Under the pieces are notes generated by a model that saw only the letters and a list, made by a program, of their open reading frames with translations, had not been told where the DNA came from and made no database searches. From the NCBI GenBank assembly GCA_951406725.2, contig OX597822.1, positions 53,568,001 to 53,632,000 of the forward strand: DNA of 64,000 nt, written 5' to 3'. Source of the stretch: Octopus vulgaris (lineage: Eukaryota). Of the stretch, positions 43,924 to 58,340 are shown one piece after another. Positions within the stretch are counted from its first letter, which is position 1. Each line of letters opens with the position of its first letter. The translations under genes were made by a program, and so were the position numbers.

Positions 43924-44914
43924 ATATAGAGAGAGGGGGAGGGGAGAAAATGAGAGGCAGGTGAGGGAGATTAGAAAGAGAGAGAGACTAGAATTTTTAC
44001 GACCTTTATAACGCGTAAGAAACATTAAATGTGTAAAATGTAAAAGAAAAAAGAGATTAAATGTCTGTATTATTCTATACACCTTCACTTTTACTCTTTG
44101 ATTTAAATTTCAAACTCACCTCAACTTAACTTAATCTAGAAGGGATTATCACCCCTATGATATTTGACCGCACCCAGGTTATATATGGTTTGAAATTTTG
44201 ACATAAGGCTAGCAATTTTAGGGAAAGGAATAAGTCGATTACATTGAATAGTGCTCGCTCCATTAATAATTACTTTATCGACCCCGAAAGGATGAAAAGT
44301 TAACCTAGGAAGCATTTTAACTCGGAACGTAAAACCTGAAGAAATGCTGTTGAGTATTTATTCGAACATGATAACGATTCTGCCAACTCACCAGGTGTGT
44401 GTTTGTGTGTACGTGTGTGTGTGCGCGCGTGCGTGCGTGTATATGTATATGTATGGAAGTATGTATGGGTGTGGTATGTGTATGTATATATATATACACC
44501 ACACACATACATACTTCCATACATATACATACGAGAGTGTATGCATGCATACATTAACGTACTTCTATGAGTATATGTGTGCATATATTATCTAATTACA
44601 TACGTTTGTATGTACATATGAATGTAAATATATGTTTCTATGCCTATGTCACTATTATATACATATATGTGTGTGTGTATGGACATATACATATACCGTT
44701 AACACAACCTGCATAACACACACGTACTCAGTTACCGCCACACACACATACATACATACATGCTATCACACACGCGCGAGCATACCCACACATACACAGA
44801 GATACCTCTTTCTTTTACACTCTCCTGTCTTAGAAAGAACTTTTTCTCTTTCCATTCCTTTCCGGTCATTCCAAAATGTAACTACATGTGGATTGTTGGC
44901 GATTTTTTCCCTCT

Positions 44915-45301
44915 TTTCTTTCTTTTATTTATTTTACTTGTTTCAGTCATTTGACTGCGGCCATGCTGGAGCACCGCCTTTAGTCGAGCAAATCGACCCC
45001 GGGACTTATTCTTTGTAAGCCTAGTACTTATTCTATCGGTCTCTTTTGCCCGATAAGTGACGGGGACGTAAACACACCAGCATCGGTTGTCAAGCAATGC
45101 TAGGGGGACAAACACAGACACACATACATATATATATACGACAGGCTTCTTTCAGTTTCCGTCTACCAAATCCACTCACAAGGCATTGGTCGGCCCGAGG
45201 CTATAGCGGAAGACACTTGCCCAAGATGCCACGCAGTGGGATTGAACCCGGAACCATGTGGTTGGTAAGCAAGCTACTTACCACACAGCCACTCCGGCGC
45301 C
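44915..45301 (-). mobile_element. tRNA-derived SINE family A, full length
   Basis: A-box-like tggctgtgtgg, B-box ggttcaatccc, CORE-like cttgggcaagtg, central microsatellite, and LINE-like tail ggcggtgctccagcatggcc..cagtcaaatgactgaaacaag. Confidence 0.85.
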
Positions 45302-45482
45302 TCTGTCTTCCTTTCCTCTTGGACTTTCCTCTGTCTTCCTTTCCTCTTGGACTTTCCTCTGTCTCCTGTTTCTGAAAAAGAGCTTTGCTCGAAACGAAAT
45401 AAAAACATTTTTTTCGTTCCCTGAGTGTCTTTAAAAACTTTGCATGTACCATGTCCTCGCGTTCTTTACTAATTCTATATAT

Positions 45483-45573
<91 letters not shown>

Positions 45574-46066
45574 TGAGTACAAGTGTGTACGTACACCGCT
45601 ATATGAAGAGCGTAGGCTCGAAACGTAAAAGATTTTCTCACCTTCCCCAGCGTTAAACTAATACACCTGCTTGTTGTTTATACACCTATCTTTGCCTTTT
45701 GTTTTTCTGTAAATTTCAACTACGTATATATATATATATCAAGGGTTGAACAGAAAGAACGAAAGCAGAGCGAACGGGAACCTAGACGAAAGCAGAGCAA
45801 ACGGGAAACTAGACGAAAGTTAGACGGGAAATTAGACAAAAACACGACACACGGAATATTCACAGCTGAGTTTTCCTTTTCAGTCAATGAAACAAAATAC
45901 CATAGCAGTTTCGAGCCAATTACCATTTTTCTGGCGCAAGCACTTTTTATTAAGCTACTGAGAAAAAGCTAGCGAATGTGTACTAAAACAGAAACAAACA
46001 AGATATTAGATAAATACTACAAAGAATTATGCATACATAATAGCACGATACCTTACAGCTATATAC

Positions 46067-46243
46067 AAACCACATGGTTCCGGGTTCAGTCCCACTCGTG
46101 GCACCTTAGGCAAGTGTCTTCTACTATAGCCTCAGGCCGACCAAAGTCTTGTGAGTCGATTTGGTAGGCGGAAACTGAAAGAAGCCCGTCGTATATATAT
46201 GTATATATATTTATATTTATAAATATATATATACATATGCATG

Positions 46244-46305
<62 letters not shown>

Positions 46306-46553
46306 TGTATGTATGTATGTATGTATGTATGTATGTATGTGTGTGTTTTTCTGTCAGTGTGTGTAAGCCCACCATCGCTTGACAGCTAATGTTGGTGTAT
46401 TTACATCCCTGTAACTTAGCGGTTCGGCAAGAGAGACCAATAGAATAAGTACTATACTTACAAAGAATAAGTCCTGGGGGCGATTTGCTCGACTAAAGGC
46501 GGTGCTCCAGCGTGGCTGCAGTCAAATGACTGAAACAAATAAAAGAATAAAAG
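46067..46553 (+). mobile_element. SINE family A copy with an expanded central microsatellite
   Basis: Homologous to 40696-41120, with a long internal (TA)/(TATG) tract. Confidence 0.85.
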
Positions 46554-46871
46554 TATACCACAAATACAACAGAAAGAGCTTTGCAGCTATCGAACGACTT
46601 TTGTGGTACTGGGCAAAGGGGAAATGGAGTAAGTCCTGGACAACACAGCGGGGGCCGAGGCCAGCCATGACGAGTCAAGTCAAAGGTAGGACGTAAAGAA
46701 ACAACACCGCCTTCGCCAGATACCGGTCACGTGTTAGGCAAGCTAGAGCGGAAAGAGAGGGTAAGAGTTGAGAAAGTGATAAAGAAAGAGTAGAGGTGGA
46801 AAAAGATAGAGTAAGAGGGAAAGAAAGAGTAAAAATGGAGAGAGAAAGATAGAGTGAGTGTAGGGATGGAA

Positions 46872-46915
<44 letters not shown>

Positions 46916-47177
46916 TTATTTATATATATATTTCATATGTATGTATATGTATATGTATGTATATATATATATGTATGTATGTATGTGTATATATATATGT
47001 ATGTATGTATGTATATATATATATATATGTATGTATGTATGTATATATATATATATATGTATGTATGTGTATATATATATATGTATGTATGTATGTGTAT
47101 ATATATATATGTATGTATGTATGTGTATATATATATATGTATGTATGTGTATATATATATATGTATGTATGTATGTG

Positions 47178-47208
<31 letters not shown>

Positions 47209-47269
47209 GTGCATATATATATATGTATGTATGTATGTGTATATATATATATGTATGTATGTATGTATG

Positions 47270-47302
<33 letters not shown>

Positions 47303-47973
47303 GTGTATATATATATATGTATGTATGTATGTGTATATATATATATATGTATGTATGTATGTGTATATATATATATATGTATGTATGTATGTGTATATAT
47401 ATATATGTATGTATGTATATATATATATATGTATGTATGTATGTATGTATATATATATATATGTATGTATGTATGTGTGTGTTTTTCTATATGTATATGC
47501 ACATACATATTAAGTGTATACATACCATACACAGCTGGATGGATGCTTGCATGTACGTTTGTATGTATGTATGTACGTAGATGTATATGCGAGTAAATCG
47601 TCTTTGAGTTAGAATACGTCTGAAAGTCTTTTATGATTATGAGAAGTTTTAAAAGCCAAAACTGCATATCCTGAAGACACCACTTTATCTTTGAATATTG
47701 ATCAGAACTTAAGAATATTAAAAGAAACATCGAAATTGGAATAATATAATAATTATGATTCCCAATATTTTACGACCAGTTCCATCACATGTCTGTTGTA
47801 ATAAATTATTGCTTTCGTTGGTCAAACGCAAAGAATGATGAAAAACAAAGAATTTTGATTTTTCTGGTGAGTCTTGGTGTATTTGCGTCTATGAAAATAT
47901 ATGTATGCATTTGAGTATACATATCTGAACGGTTGAACATCTATGTGTGTATGTATATATACATATATATACA

Positions 47974-48005
<32 letters not shown>

Positions 48006-48454
48006 CTTATATGGAGATTCGTGTGTGGGGAGTAGCTATGTGTGTGTGTAAATATACAATATATATATATATATGTATCTATCTATCTATTTATCTATCA
48101 ATCTATGTCTTGATTCCATTCCTAGAATTTATTTGAATGACCATAATATTCACTACAAGAATATAATAAAATTATATCGTTATTGGTTTTGTTATGATTT
48201 TAAGCGAGCTGAGGCGATCTTAATCTACTCATTTTTCGTGCAACTCGTTTACTCTTTCAATTTTAAGATAATTTTGTAGAACGTTTATTGTCCTCGATAT
48301 CAAAATCATCTGTAGCATAAGTTCTCATTCCCTCTCCCCCTCCCTCACTCTGTCTCTCTATCTCTATCGCTCTATCTATCTATATCTATCTGTCTCTATT
48401 AATATTTCTACCTAACTATCTACTTATCTATCTTTCACTCAGTCTATCTTTGTC

Positions 48455-49775
48455 TGGGCGGATGTGGCGAACGCGTACATCGCGTCCGTCATCAACTACC
48501 GCCTAATCGTCGTGCCTTGTCCCGAATCTACCATCACCAGACTGGAACGCATCCTCTTCCGCTTCTTGTGGAAAGGAAGCGTTCTGATGGTCAGGCGATC
48601 CGTTTGCTGCCAACACCCGCTGAAAGGAGGGCTGGGCATGCTGTGGTTGATGATGCGCAGACATGCGCTGAGACTGCGACATCTCCGGCTCTACGTAGAT
48701 GACGGTGGACAGGTGTGGTCGCCGTTTGTGTGTTGTGCTTTCCTGCAGCTCGTCTCCATGACCGAACTGCAGTCATGGATCAAGGAGAGGCCGAGGAAGG
48801 GTGAATGGCTCTGGAGCAACTCTACCATCCCGGGTCGACTTTGAGCGACTGCATCACAACCAAAGCATTCTATAGGAGATTAGTGGAGGGGAGGTACGAC
48901 GACGATCTTGGGGCAAATCTGGGCGTCGACGATGAATACCTGACCCGCCTGTTCGAGACAACTTTCGCGTTGGGACCTATGGACAAGTTCCAGAGATCCC
49001 TGGATCGAGAAGCGCTACCCGTTCGGAATAAGCTTCTACAGGCACGGCTCGAGAAACACCGGGCCGACCTGCCCGAGATGGGGTCCGAGCGACGAAACCG
49101 TTCTGCACGCACTCGTGCAGTGTCCAACTATTTCCGACCTGTGGGCTTATGTCGAACGACTGTTGTCACGTGTGGGAAGAGTCGGTTTATCAGCTGAGTC
49201 TATCGTCAATATTGTCGCGCCTCCTTCCTTCAAACGGGAAGGAAGAGATATTTTCATCGTACTTGTGGCTATGGCGAAAGAATGTGTCTGATGGACGCGT
49301 CTGAAAGAATTAGAAACAAACACTTTTCTCTCTGGTCAATCAACTTTTTCAAGTATCACTTGAAAAGGAAGGTGAGAGTAGAGAGGCAAGTTTTGTCTAG
49401 CGAATGTTTCAAAAAAAGATGGGTGAATGTTTCAAGAATGGCACATGTAAATGATGAAGCCATCTTAAGCATGATCCTATGAACCGGAAAAAAAGTTAAA
49501 ACAGAGAGTTACTTGTAAATAAATGTGTTATTATGTGACATTATTGCCCGAGGTTACCGTGGTCTTTTCGTAGGTTTTTCTTTCCACAGATAAACCTTCC
49601 CATTTTGGGGGAACATTTTGTATATCCCAAACGATTCTGATCCCTTTTGATCTTTGTCCCCAATTTTGTGTTTTTATTATTTTGCTTGTTTTTCACCCCC
49701 ACCCCCTCGAAAAGAAAAACTCTACACTGTAATTGTCCCCTCTATGTTCAGCCCTGTGTGACCAATAAAGAAATT
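48455..49775 (+). mobile_element. L1/Tx1-clade LINE 3' part, decayed
   Basis: LFRFLWKG...HPLKGGLG motif. Zinc-knuckle remnant TCPR...ETVLHALVQCP near 49065-49130. 3' UTR ends with aataaa. Confidence 0.8.
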
Positions 49776-51827
49776 TACCTGTCTCTTAGCATGTATGTAT
49801 ATAAATCTGTATGCATGTATTTATATTCATGTGTATATATGTTTCTAAGTATATAAGTAAGTATCCAATCATTTAGTTTTATTTCTAAATGAAAGAACCG
49901 GTTTCTAACTTAGAACCTGGTCCCCTTTATTGAAATTTCAAGAAGATATTTCTGCATGTATGCGTGTATTTATACAAGTACCTGCAACAGTGCTTCTTCA
50001 AATCTACAAGTTTTGTGTTATGCTTGTGCATTCATACATATTGTTGCATAACTAGACATGTCCATGTATTTATACGATAAACTTTTGGAAAGGTTTAAAT
50101 ATTTCGACAATTCTATTGATGACCTGTATCTGTAATTGTCTAATGAGTTTTCTCCTTTCTAGTTTTAAGAATCCTAATTTTGCAAGGTTGGTGCTTAGGC
50201 AGTAGTTTATGTATCCAAGTACGCCATTAATTACAGATATAATTTTAAACATGTAGTCCAGTGGAGTATCTGTACATTTCTCAATAACTCAACATGAGTT
50301 TTCTTTTACGTTGATCTCTATGCTTAGCACAGTAGATACTCTCTCTTCTTCAGTGTGTGTATGTATGCATGTATGTATGTATGTCAGGTCGCTCTTGAGT
50401 GCTACTGGTAACATGTAATCCAGCACAACCTGTTGCATGGTCGGGTCGTCGGTGACTAAACTGGCAACCCCAATAGGTTTGCTTGGTGAGGAGGGTGATT
50501 GTTGGACACCCTGCAGGATGAAAATTAAGACCCGTCAAAGAGCGGAGTAGTCAACGGCCATCCAACAAATATGTGTAAATTATGTACATACGGTTTTTAT
50601 ATATATTCTTATTTATTGCATATATTGATGCGTGGGTGTGGTTTGTGTATACAGGATTGATTGCGCGTTTGTGTTTTTTCTTTCGTTTTTCTTTTGTTTT
50701 GAAGAACGGGTATGGTGCCTCTCTCCCCTGACTTTTAAAAAGAAAAGAAAATTCACTGGGAGTGAAGGACACCAAGTTGTTATAGTATCCTTCTAAAAGA
50801 AGGGAAACTTTAAGCAAAATGATGGAACAAAAGTATCAAGCCAGATAGGACTTAATTATGATGATCAACTATTGCTGAAACTTGGCTCGTGATTTTACTG
50901 GGGTTCAGCGCTCAAGAAAATCATCCAAACGCAAATTCACGGGAAATTAGATGTAATTTGTCTGTAGAGATTTTAAGACTTTTACAAGTCTTTCAGTAGA
51001 ATTTTAAGAGAACATTCTGGTTTTGAATAAAAACCAATTTCTCTGTATATTTGTAAGTTTTGTCTTGTTCCTTGCTCCTCATAACTTGTTTTATTAAATG
51101 AACTTCTCTGGATCTAGTATCTTAAAATTTTGACGTGATGGTAATGAATGGGTATCATTTTTTGGATTTTGTGTATCAAAATCTCCCTATTTCAGGCCGA
51201 AATATTTTGACAACATTGAAAATTCTTCTTTGTTTGTTTTGGGGGGGTTTTGGGGGAGTTTGGGGTTATTTTTCGTTTTGTTTGTTGCCTATGTTATCAT
51301 TACTATAAATGTAAATTTTTAATCTAAGTAAAGAAGCAGGTAGTTTCAAAGTAGTTGTCGGGAGTTATCCTCTTTCTCTGGTTTTCGGCGAGATATTCAC
51401 ATCAGCTGGGCAGCTGATCACTATGACGGTTCATAATCCTTCTTGCCTGTCCCAAACAACACTATCTCGCCTGTTATGTTTGCACTTTTTTATGTATGCA
51501 TTTATGTATGTATGTATGTATGTATGTATGTATGTATGTATGTACCTATATACATACATAAATGTGAGCAAGTATGTATGAATCTGTATGTATATATTTT
51601 ATGTGTATATATGTATACAAGTTACTTATGCATTCGTATATACGTGAGTGCATGTGTGTAGCTTTATACGCCGCTGACGCCACCAGACGTGAACAATATT
51701 ATCGTTAAAGGCGTGAAATTGTAAGGGTATTTTGGACGATAGCTGATAAGGAATTAGCCACGCCTCGTCTTGTGTATGAATTTTCCGTTTGTTCCTTTGT
51801 TACATTTCTGTTCGAATTTTGGAACTT

Positions 51828-51905
<78 letters not shown>

Positions 51906-51986
51906 TCTGTACATTAAGGCATTTGTATGCATAATGGCATGTGCATGTGGAGAGGTGTTTGTAAGTTCGCACATCTGTATTCCCAG

Positions 51987-52023
<37 letters not shown>

Positions 52024-52079
52024 CACGTCCTCACATTGTTATTTTTTCTTGTGCTTTTCTCTTCGTTTTTGGGATTGAC

Positions 52080-52118
52080 AATATATATAAATATATATGT
52101 ATATATATATATATATAC

Positions 52119-52166
<48 letters not shown>

Positions 52167-52200
52167 TACAGATATATATATATACATATATGTAAATACA

Positions 52201-52235
<35 letters not shown>

Positions 52236-52746
52236 GTATATATACATATATGTACATACAGATATATATATATATATATATATATGTACATACAGATATA
52301 TATATATATATATATATGTACATACAGATATATATATATATATACATATATGTACGTACAGATATATATATATATATATATATACATATATATACATTAT
52401 ATATATATATATATATATATACATATATGTACATACAGATATATATTTGTATTCTTATTGGTGTCACGTATTCTGTATTTTTGTTCGTGTACTTCGTTCG
52501 TTTTCCGTCCTCGTGTTGTATACATTCGAAGCTTTCTTCCAGGGGATCTAATGCGCTTGGCTTAGATTTCCCTTGGCGGGCTGCCCAGATCGGAGCAATC
52601 TCAAGATTAATCAGCCGAAATTGCGAAGATGATCTGGTTCTTGACTGATGACTGAGGGCTTCGAATGTCCCGTCCTGTGGTTCTTGTGTCGTCTCTTTGT
52701 TGTTTCATGTTCTTGTCCATGTCTGTATTTATTTTTTATTTTTTAC

Positions 52747-52816
<70 letters not shown>

Positions 52817-53260
52817 TATATATATATATATATACATATATGTACATACAGATATATATACCTTAGATATATATATATATGTATGTATATATATATATAT
52901 GTACATATAGATATATATATATATATGTACATACAGATATATATATACATATATATATATATATATGTACATACAGATATATATATATACATATATATAC
53001 CTTAGATATATATATGTATGTATATATACATATATGTGCATACAGATATATATATATATACATATATATATATTAGATATATATATATGTATGTATATAT
53101 ACATATATGTACATACAGATATATATATATATACATATACATACATTAGATATATATATATATATGTATGTATACATACATATATGTACATACAGATATA
53201 TATATATATACATATATATACATTAGATATATATATATACACATATATATATATATGTGT
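52080..53260. repeat. Compound (TA)n tract with a recurring catatatgtacatacagat unit, interrupted by a non-repetitive insert at about 52455-52750
   Basis: Seen directly. Confidence 0.85.
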
Positions 53261-53301
53261 GTGTATGTGTGTGTGTGTGTGCATATACATATAGATGTGC
53301 T

Positions 53302-53395
<94 letters not shown>

Positions 53396-53536
53396 CAGAT
53401 GCTAGCATACACACTTATGTTTACATTAATATATACATAAGTACAAAAATGTTTACTTAAAGTTATTACTTAAAAGGAATTTTAAGAACAACAGTAGAAC
53501 ATTTACTGAGGCGCCAGTCAAAATCAATTTAACGTG

Positions 53537-53630
<94 letters not shown>

Positions 53631-53881
53631 TGTGTGTGTATGTATATATATATCTATACATGCAGAGAAAGGGAGAAAGATACATGCATATACGTATGAA
53701 TGTGTGTGTATATATATATACATATATATACATATACATATATAAATATATATATATATATGCACACACATATATTTGTAAATATATGCGTGTATGAATA
53801 TATGTATGTATATGTATGCATTTATATGTATATATATATGTATATATATATATGTATATATATACATATATATGTGTGTGT

Positions 53882-53948
<67 letters not shown>

Positions 53949-54466
53949 TATAAGTATGTAGATAGATAGATTAATGAATAAATAAATATATAGATAGGTA
54001 TATAGATAGATAATGCTATATATATATATATATATATTGCATTCACATACACAAAGAGAGAGGAACATATAAATATAGACATACAAAAATACCTACATAC
54101 GTATATACGTGCATACTCATGTATATATACATGCACGCACACACACATATATGAACATGTATGTATGTATTTATGTATACGTGCATTTATATGTGTACAT
54201 ATATACATACATACTTAAACGTAGATAGATATAGATATCTATGTATATTTTTTATATATGTATATGTCTACACATACAGTCATACATACGTTCATAAAGC
54301 GAGAGGGAGAATAAAGAGAATGAAATGAAGATAGAGAACAAGCATCGTATATATTTTACTGCAATATTTTTTCATACTGTCTAGACAATCAGTGAAAAAA
54401 TAATGATTTTTCGTGAAGTCATCTTTTATGTCAAGTTTGATTAATTTCAAATTTTGGAAATAAAGA

Positions 54467-54549
<83 letters not shown>

Positions 54550-54842
54550 CAACCATAATAATAGAGCTGATTCAGGATATTCGTTTTAAATTTTAGTTTA
54601 TGGTTGAAGTATGATAAATATTTATTCTTTTGTGAAACCACACGTCCACATATGTGAGTGTGCTTGTGTGAAAACGTGTACGTGTATGTGTGTGTGGAAT
54701 CTGTACATGTCCACGTCTGTGTGCGTGCGCAAGTCTTTATGTGTGTATATCCATGCAACTCTGTGTATGTGTGTGTGTGTGTATTTATATATGTCTATAT
54801 GTATATTGATTTTTCTCCAGTTGAACGCCCGAATGTCTTTAA

Positions 54843-54891
<49 letters not shown>

Positions 54892-54991
54892 TGTGTATGA
54901 ATGTATAATTATATATATATTCTTTTATTCTTTTATTCTGTTACCTATTTCAGTCATTTGACTGTGACCATGCTGGAGCACCGCCTTATAG

Positions 54992-55029
54992 AAAAATATG
55001 GAACGCTTCACGAATTTGCGTGTCATCCT
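54992..55029 (-). pseudogene. U6: U6 snRNA 3' fragment (38 nt)
   Basis: Minus strand AGGATGACACGCAAATTCGTGAAGCGTTCCATATTTTT matches the conserved metazoan U6 3' end. Confidence 0.93.
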
Positions 55030-55281
55030 CATATATATATATATATATATATATATTAATCAATATCAGGGTAGAAAAAATTCAAGAGAAATTTTATCAC
55101 CACCAGCGGTCTAGTGAGAAAGAAAAAATAGTCAACAGACTATATAATGTACATTCAACAATAATATTAAGGAATGGCCTTGATAGGCCATTCGACTCAC
55201 TAAAACGAGCAACCAAACTCAAACCGCTAAATAGTAGTAATTCAGAAATCAAAGGAAAATTTAAAATATTTACCCTTATCA

Positions 55282-55389
55282 TCTTTGGACTATGCATAGT
55301 TTCGACGTACATTTTGGCAAACCAGCTTAATTAAATTAAATTAAATTTAATTAAATCAATTGACCACTGGCTCGTCTCATCGGCAAAGA
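55282..55389 (-). ncRNA. Type I hammerhead motif, CCGATGA core variant (mirror copy)
   Basis: Reverse-complement copy of 55666-55778 with all three stems preserved. Confidence 0.8.
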
Positions 55390-55665
55390 AGCCAGGGGGA
55401 ATATATATTCCACGAGGCAATATCATCGATGCCTCGGGAATATATACTCTAAACTTTCAAAATCTACCGTCATCGCGCCAACTTAAATTTTTTGCTACTC
55501 TGATATTGATTAATTAATGATTTTTTGGCTAATTCTGAAATTAAATCAGCAGTTTATATTTGCTGCTGATAAGTTGGCGCGATGACGGTAGATTTTGAAA
55601 GTTTAGAGTATATATTCCCAAGGCATCGATGCTGTTGCCTCGTGGAATATATATTCCCCCTGGCT

Positions 55666-55778
55666 TCTTTGCCGATGAGACGGGCCAGTGGTCAATTGAT
55701 TTAATTAAATTAAATTTAATTTAATTTAATTAAGCTGGTTTGCCAAAATGTTCGTCGAAACTATGCATAGTCCAAAGA
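55666..55778 (+). ncRNA. Type I hammerhead motif, CCGATGA core variant
   Basis: tctttg-CCGATGA-gacg-[long insert]-cgtc-GAAA-ctatgcatag-TC-caaaga. Confidence 0.8.
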
Positions 55779-55901
55779 TGATAAGGGTAAATGTTTTTCA
55801 TTTTCCTTTGATTTCTGAATTACAACTATTTAGCGGTTTGAGTTTGGCTGCACGTTTTAGTGAGTCGAATGGCCTATCAAGGCCATTCCTTAATATTATT
55901 G

Positions 55902-55945
<44 letters not shown>

Positions 55946-57493
55946 CTGTAAGCATTTGGGCGTTTAACTGGAGAAAAATCAATACACGCATAGCTCTTAT
56001 CTTTGATACTTCATTTCATCTCATACGTTTCTTCTCTGTCTCTCCTAGAAATACCTCTGTTATCCGCTGAATGACTATGTCCGAAACGTTACACTTTTAA
56101 TACTTTTACTCTCGATATTTTTACTTCCTTGAACGTCAGCCTAATAATGTTAACTCTATATGTCCCTTAGACTTTTGTCGGTTGTTGTGATTCGTATTTG
56201 CTCTGCATATCTCACCAATGTATATATGTAATACATAGTACAGACTTTTCCATTGTGATTACTTCAACTTTCCCGTACCACAGACATTCAACAAGCCACA
56301 TTCTTTATTCGCGTCAGCTTTCGCAGAATAATATCTTGGAAAGAAAACTAATGTCTTACTGCCAGAGGGTGCATAACTCTGAGGTACTAGAAATGTATTA
56401 TTTCTCGTAAACAGTACACCAGCATGTTAGGAATTATGAAAAATACATACATCTAAAATTTGAAAATATTCTGATTCAGTTACAGATTTATTTTCTATTT
56501 ATTTTGTTTACTTATTTATGCTATTTATTTATATCTATTTTCTACAATAATTCTTGGGATTTTATTGTTCTGTTCATTTGAAATAACTCGTCTCTATCAT
56601 CTAAAGCCATATATCCAATAAGAAACGAAGTTATTTTATATAATGCATGAGAAATCTTAAAGTAACAGTAATTGCAAATTTCTGCTTTTTATTTTATACA
56701 CACGCACGCGCGTGTGTATGGAGGCTCATCAAATTTCTTGCTGTGAGTCCGACAAAATATATTTTGTTTTGTCCGAGGGCTTCCACTTAACCTATAATAT
56801 TCGATAGGTATTAGTCCCTTGATTGTGTTGGTCTCTCATGAGGGAAAACGTAGGAGAGGAGTGGAGAGGAAGAGAGGGATTGAGCGCGAGAGGGAATTAA
56901 AATTAAAATATCGCTTGCAGGAAGGGGTGAGTGCTGTAAAATAATTTGGCGTAGGAGACATTTTAATGAACAACTTAAATGTAATTGGGAAGGTATTAGG
57001 AGACATTTAGCTTAACAAATAAAGAAATAAGCAAATTTAAATCAAATGTTTCAGACATATTGGTACTACTCTCTAATTAAGCTTTTTTATTCATTCTTTT
57101 TAAATTTGTTTTTCGTCTCTCAGTATCAACAAATAATCATATCATAAAGATGTTTAAGTAACAGGATGTCAAATGAAAAAGTCAGTAAACGATGACAGTG
57201 TGAGAATTCAGATGAAATTTTGCGAACGACAGAGATAGTTTGAGAATAAGAGACTAACGGTTGTAAGTACAATGTGACAAAAAGAGCAGACGGCATAAGT
57301 ACATCTAGCTAATTTTCAAATAATTGTTTAATGAAACAATAATACCGAACAAGAAAAACAATAAAGTAGAACTGGTATGCATTTTATACCTTTAGATTTT
57401 TTTATCTATAGTACTAACTAATAATTATATATCTTAAACATTAGTAATTTGTAAACAATCCTTTATTCAAGAGCATCATGCTTACACTACTTG

Positions 57494-57529
<36 letters not shown>

Positions 57530-57591
57530 GTTTATGAATTTGTGTTGCAAGTTTCCTGATGTGAAACCGTGTGTTGAAACAGATATCGTTG

Positions 57592-57969
57592 TATTTCGGG
57601 AGGATTATTTTTTATTTGTCAAATAAACACACGCATTACATATTCTTTCTTCACTCGTTTGATGCTGTTCTTATTTTAACTCATGTCTATTATCTGTAAA
57701 TCTTTCGTCACACATCAACGGCATCTTCAGTGACACTTTCCGTCCTTGTGTATGTTCCTTTCTCTGCTTAATCCAGAACAGAAACGGTTAAGAGCAGGAG
57801 TATATACGAGGATGGAAAGTGTCACTGAAGAGGTCGCAGATATGTGACGAAAGATTTCTGGACAATGGACATCAGTTAGAATAAGAACAGTAATAAACGA
57901 GTGAAGAACAAATATATATAGTATGTGTTTATTTGGCAAAAATAAAGAAAAAATGACCATCCCGAAATA
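57592..57969. repeat. Diverged palindrome (about 180-bp arms) with a hammerhead-like motif in each arm
   Basis: Plus 57820-57864: tgtca-CTGAAGA-g-gtcgc-agatat-gtgac-GAAA-gatt-TC-tggaca. Minus 57691-57735 is a more decayed mirror copy. Confidence 0.7.
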
Positions 57970-57973
57970 TGAC

Positions 57974-58340
<367 letters not shown>

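Larger units (their letters stand above)
55157..55903. repeat. Long inverted repeat (arms 55157-55485 and 55570-55903, 84-bp spacer), Penelope pseudo-LTR type
   Basis: The arms are near-exact reverse complements. Each arm holds a hammerhead. Bounded by (TA)n. Confidence 0.9.

Noticed and set aside
44915-45301. tRNA gene at SINE heads
   Set aside because: A- and B-box remnants are present, but there is no complete cloverleaf, and the sequence continues into a dispersed repeat body.
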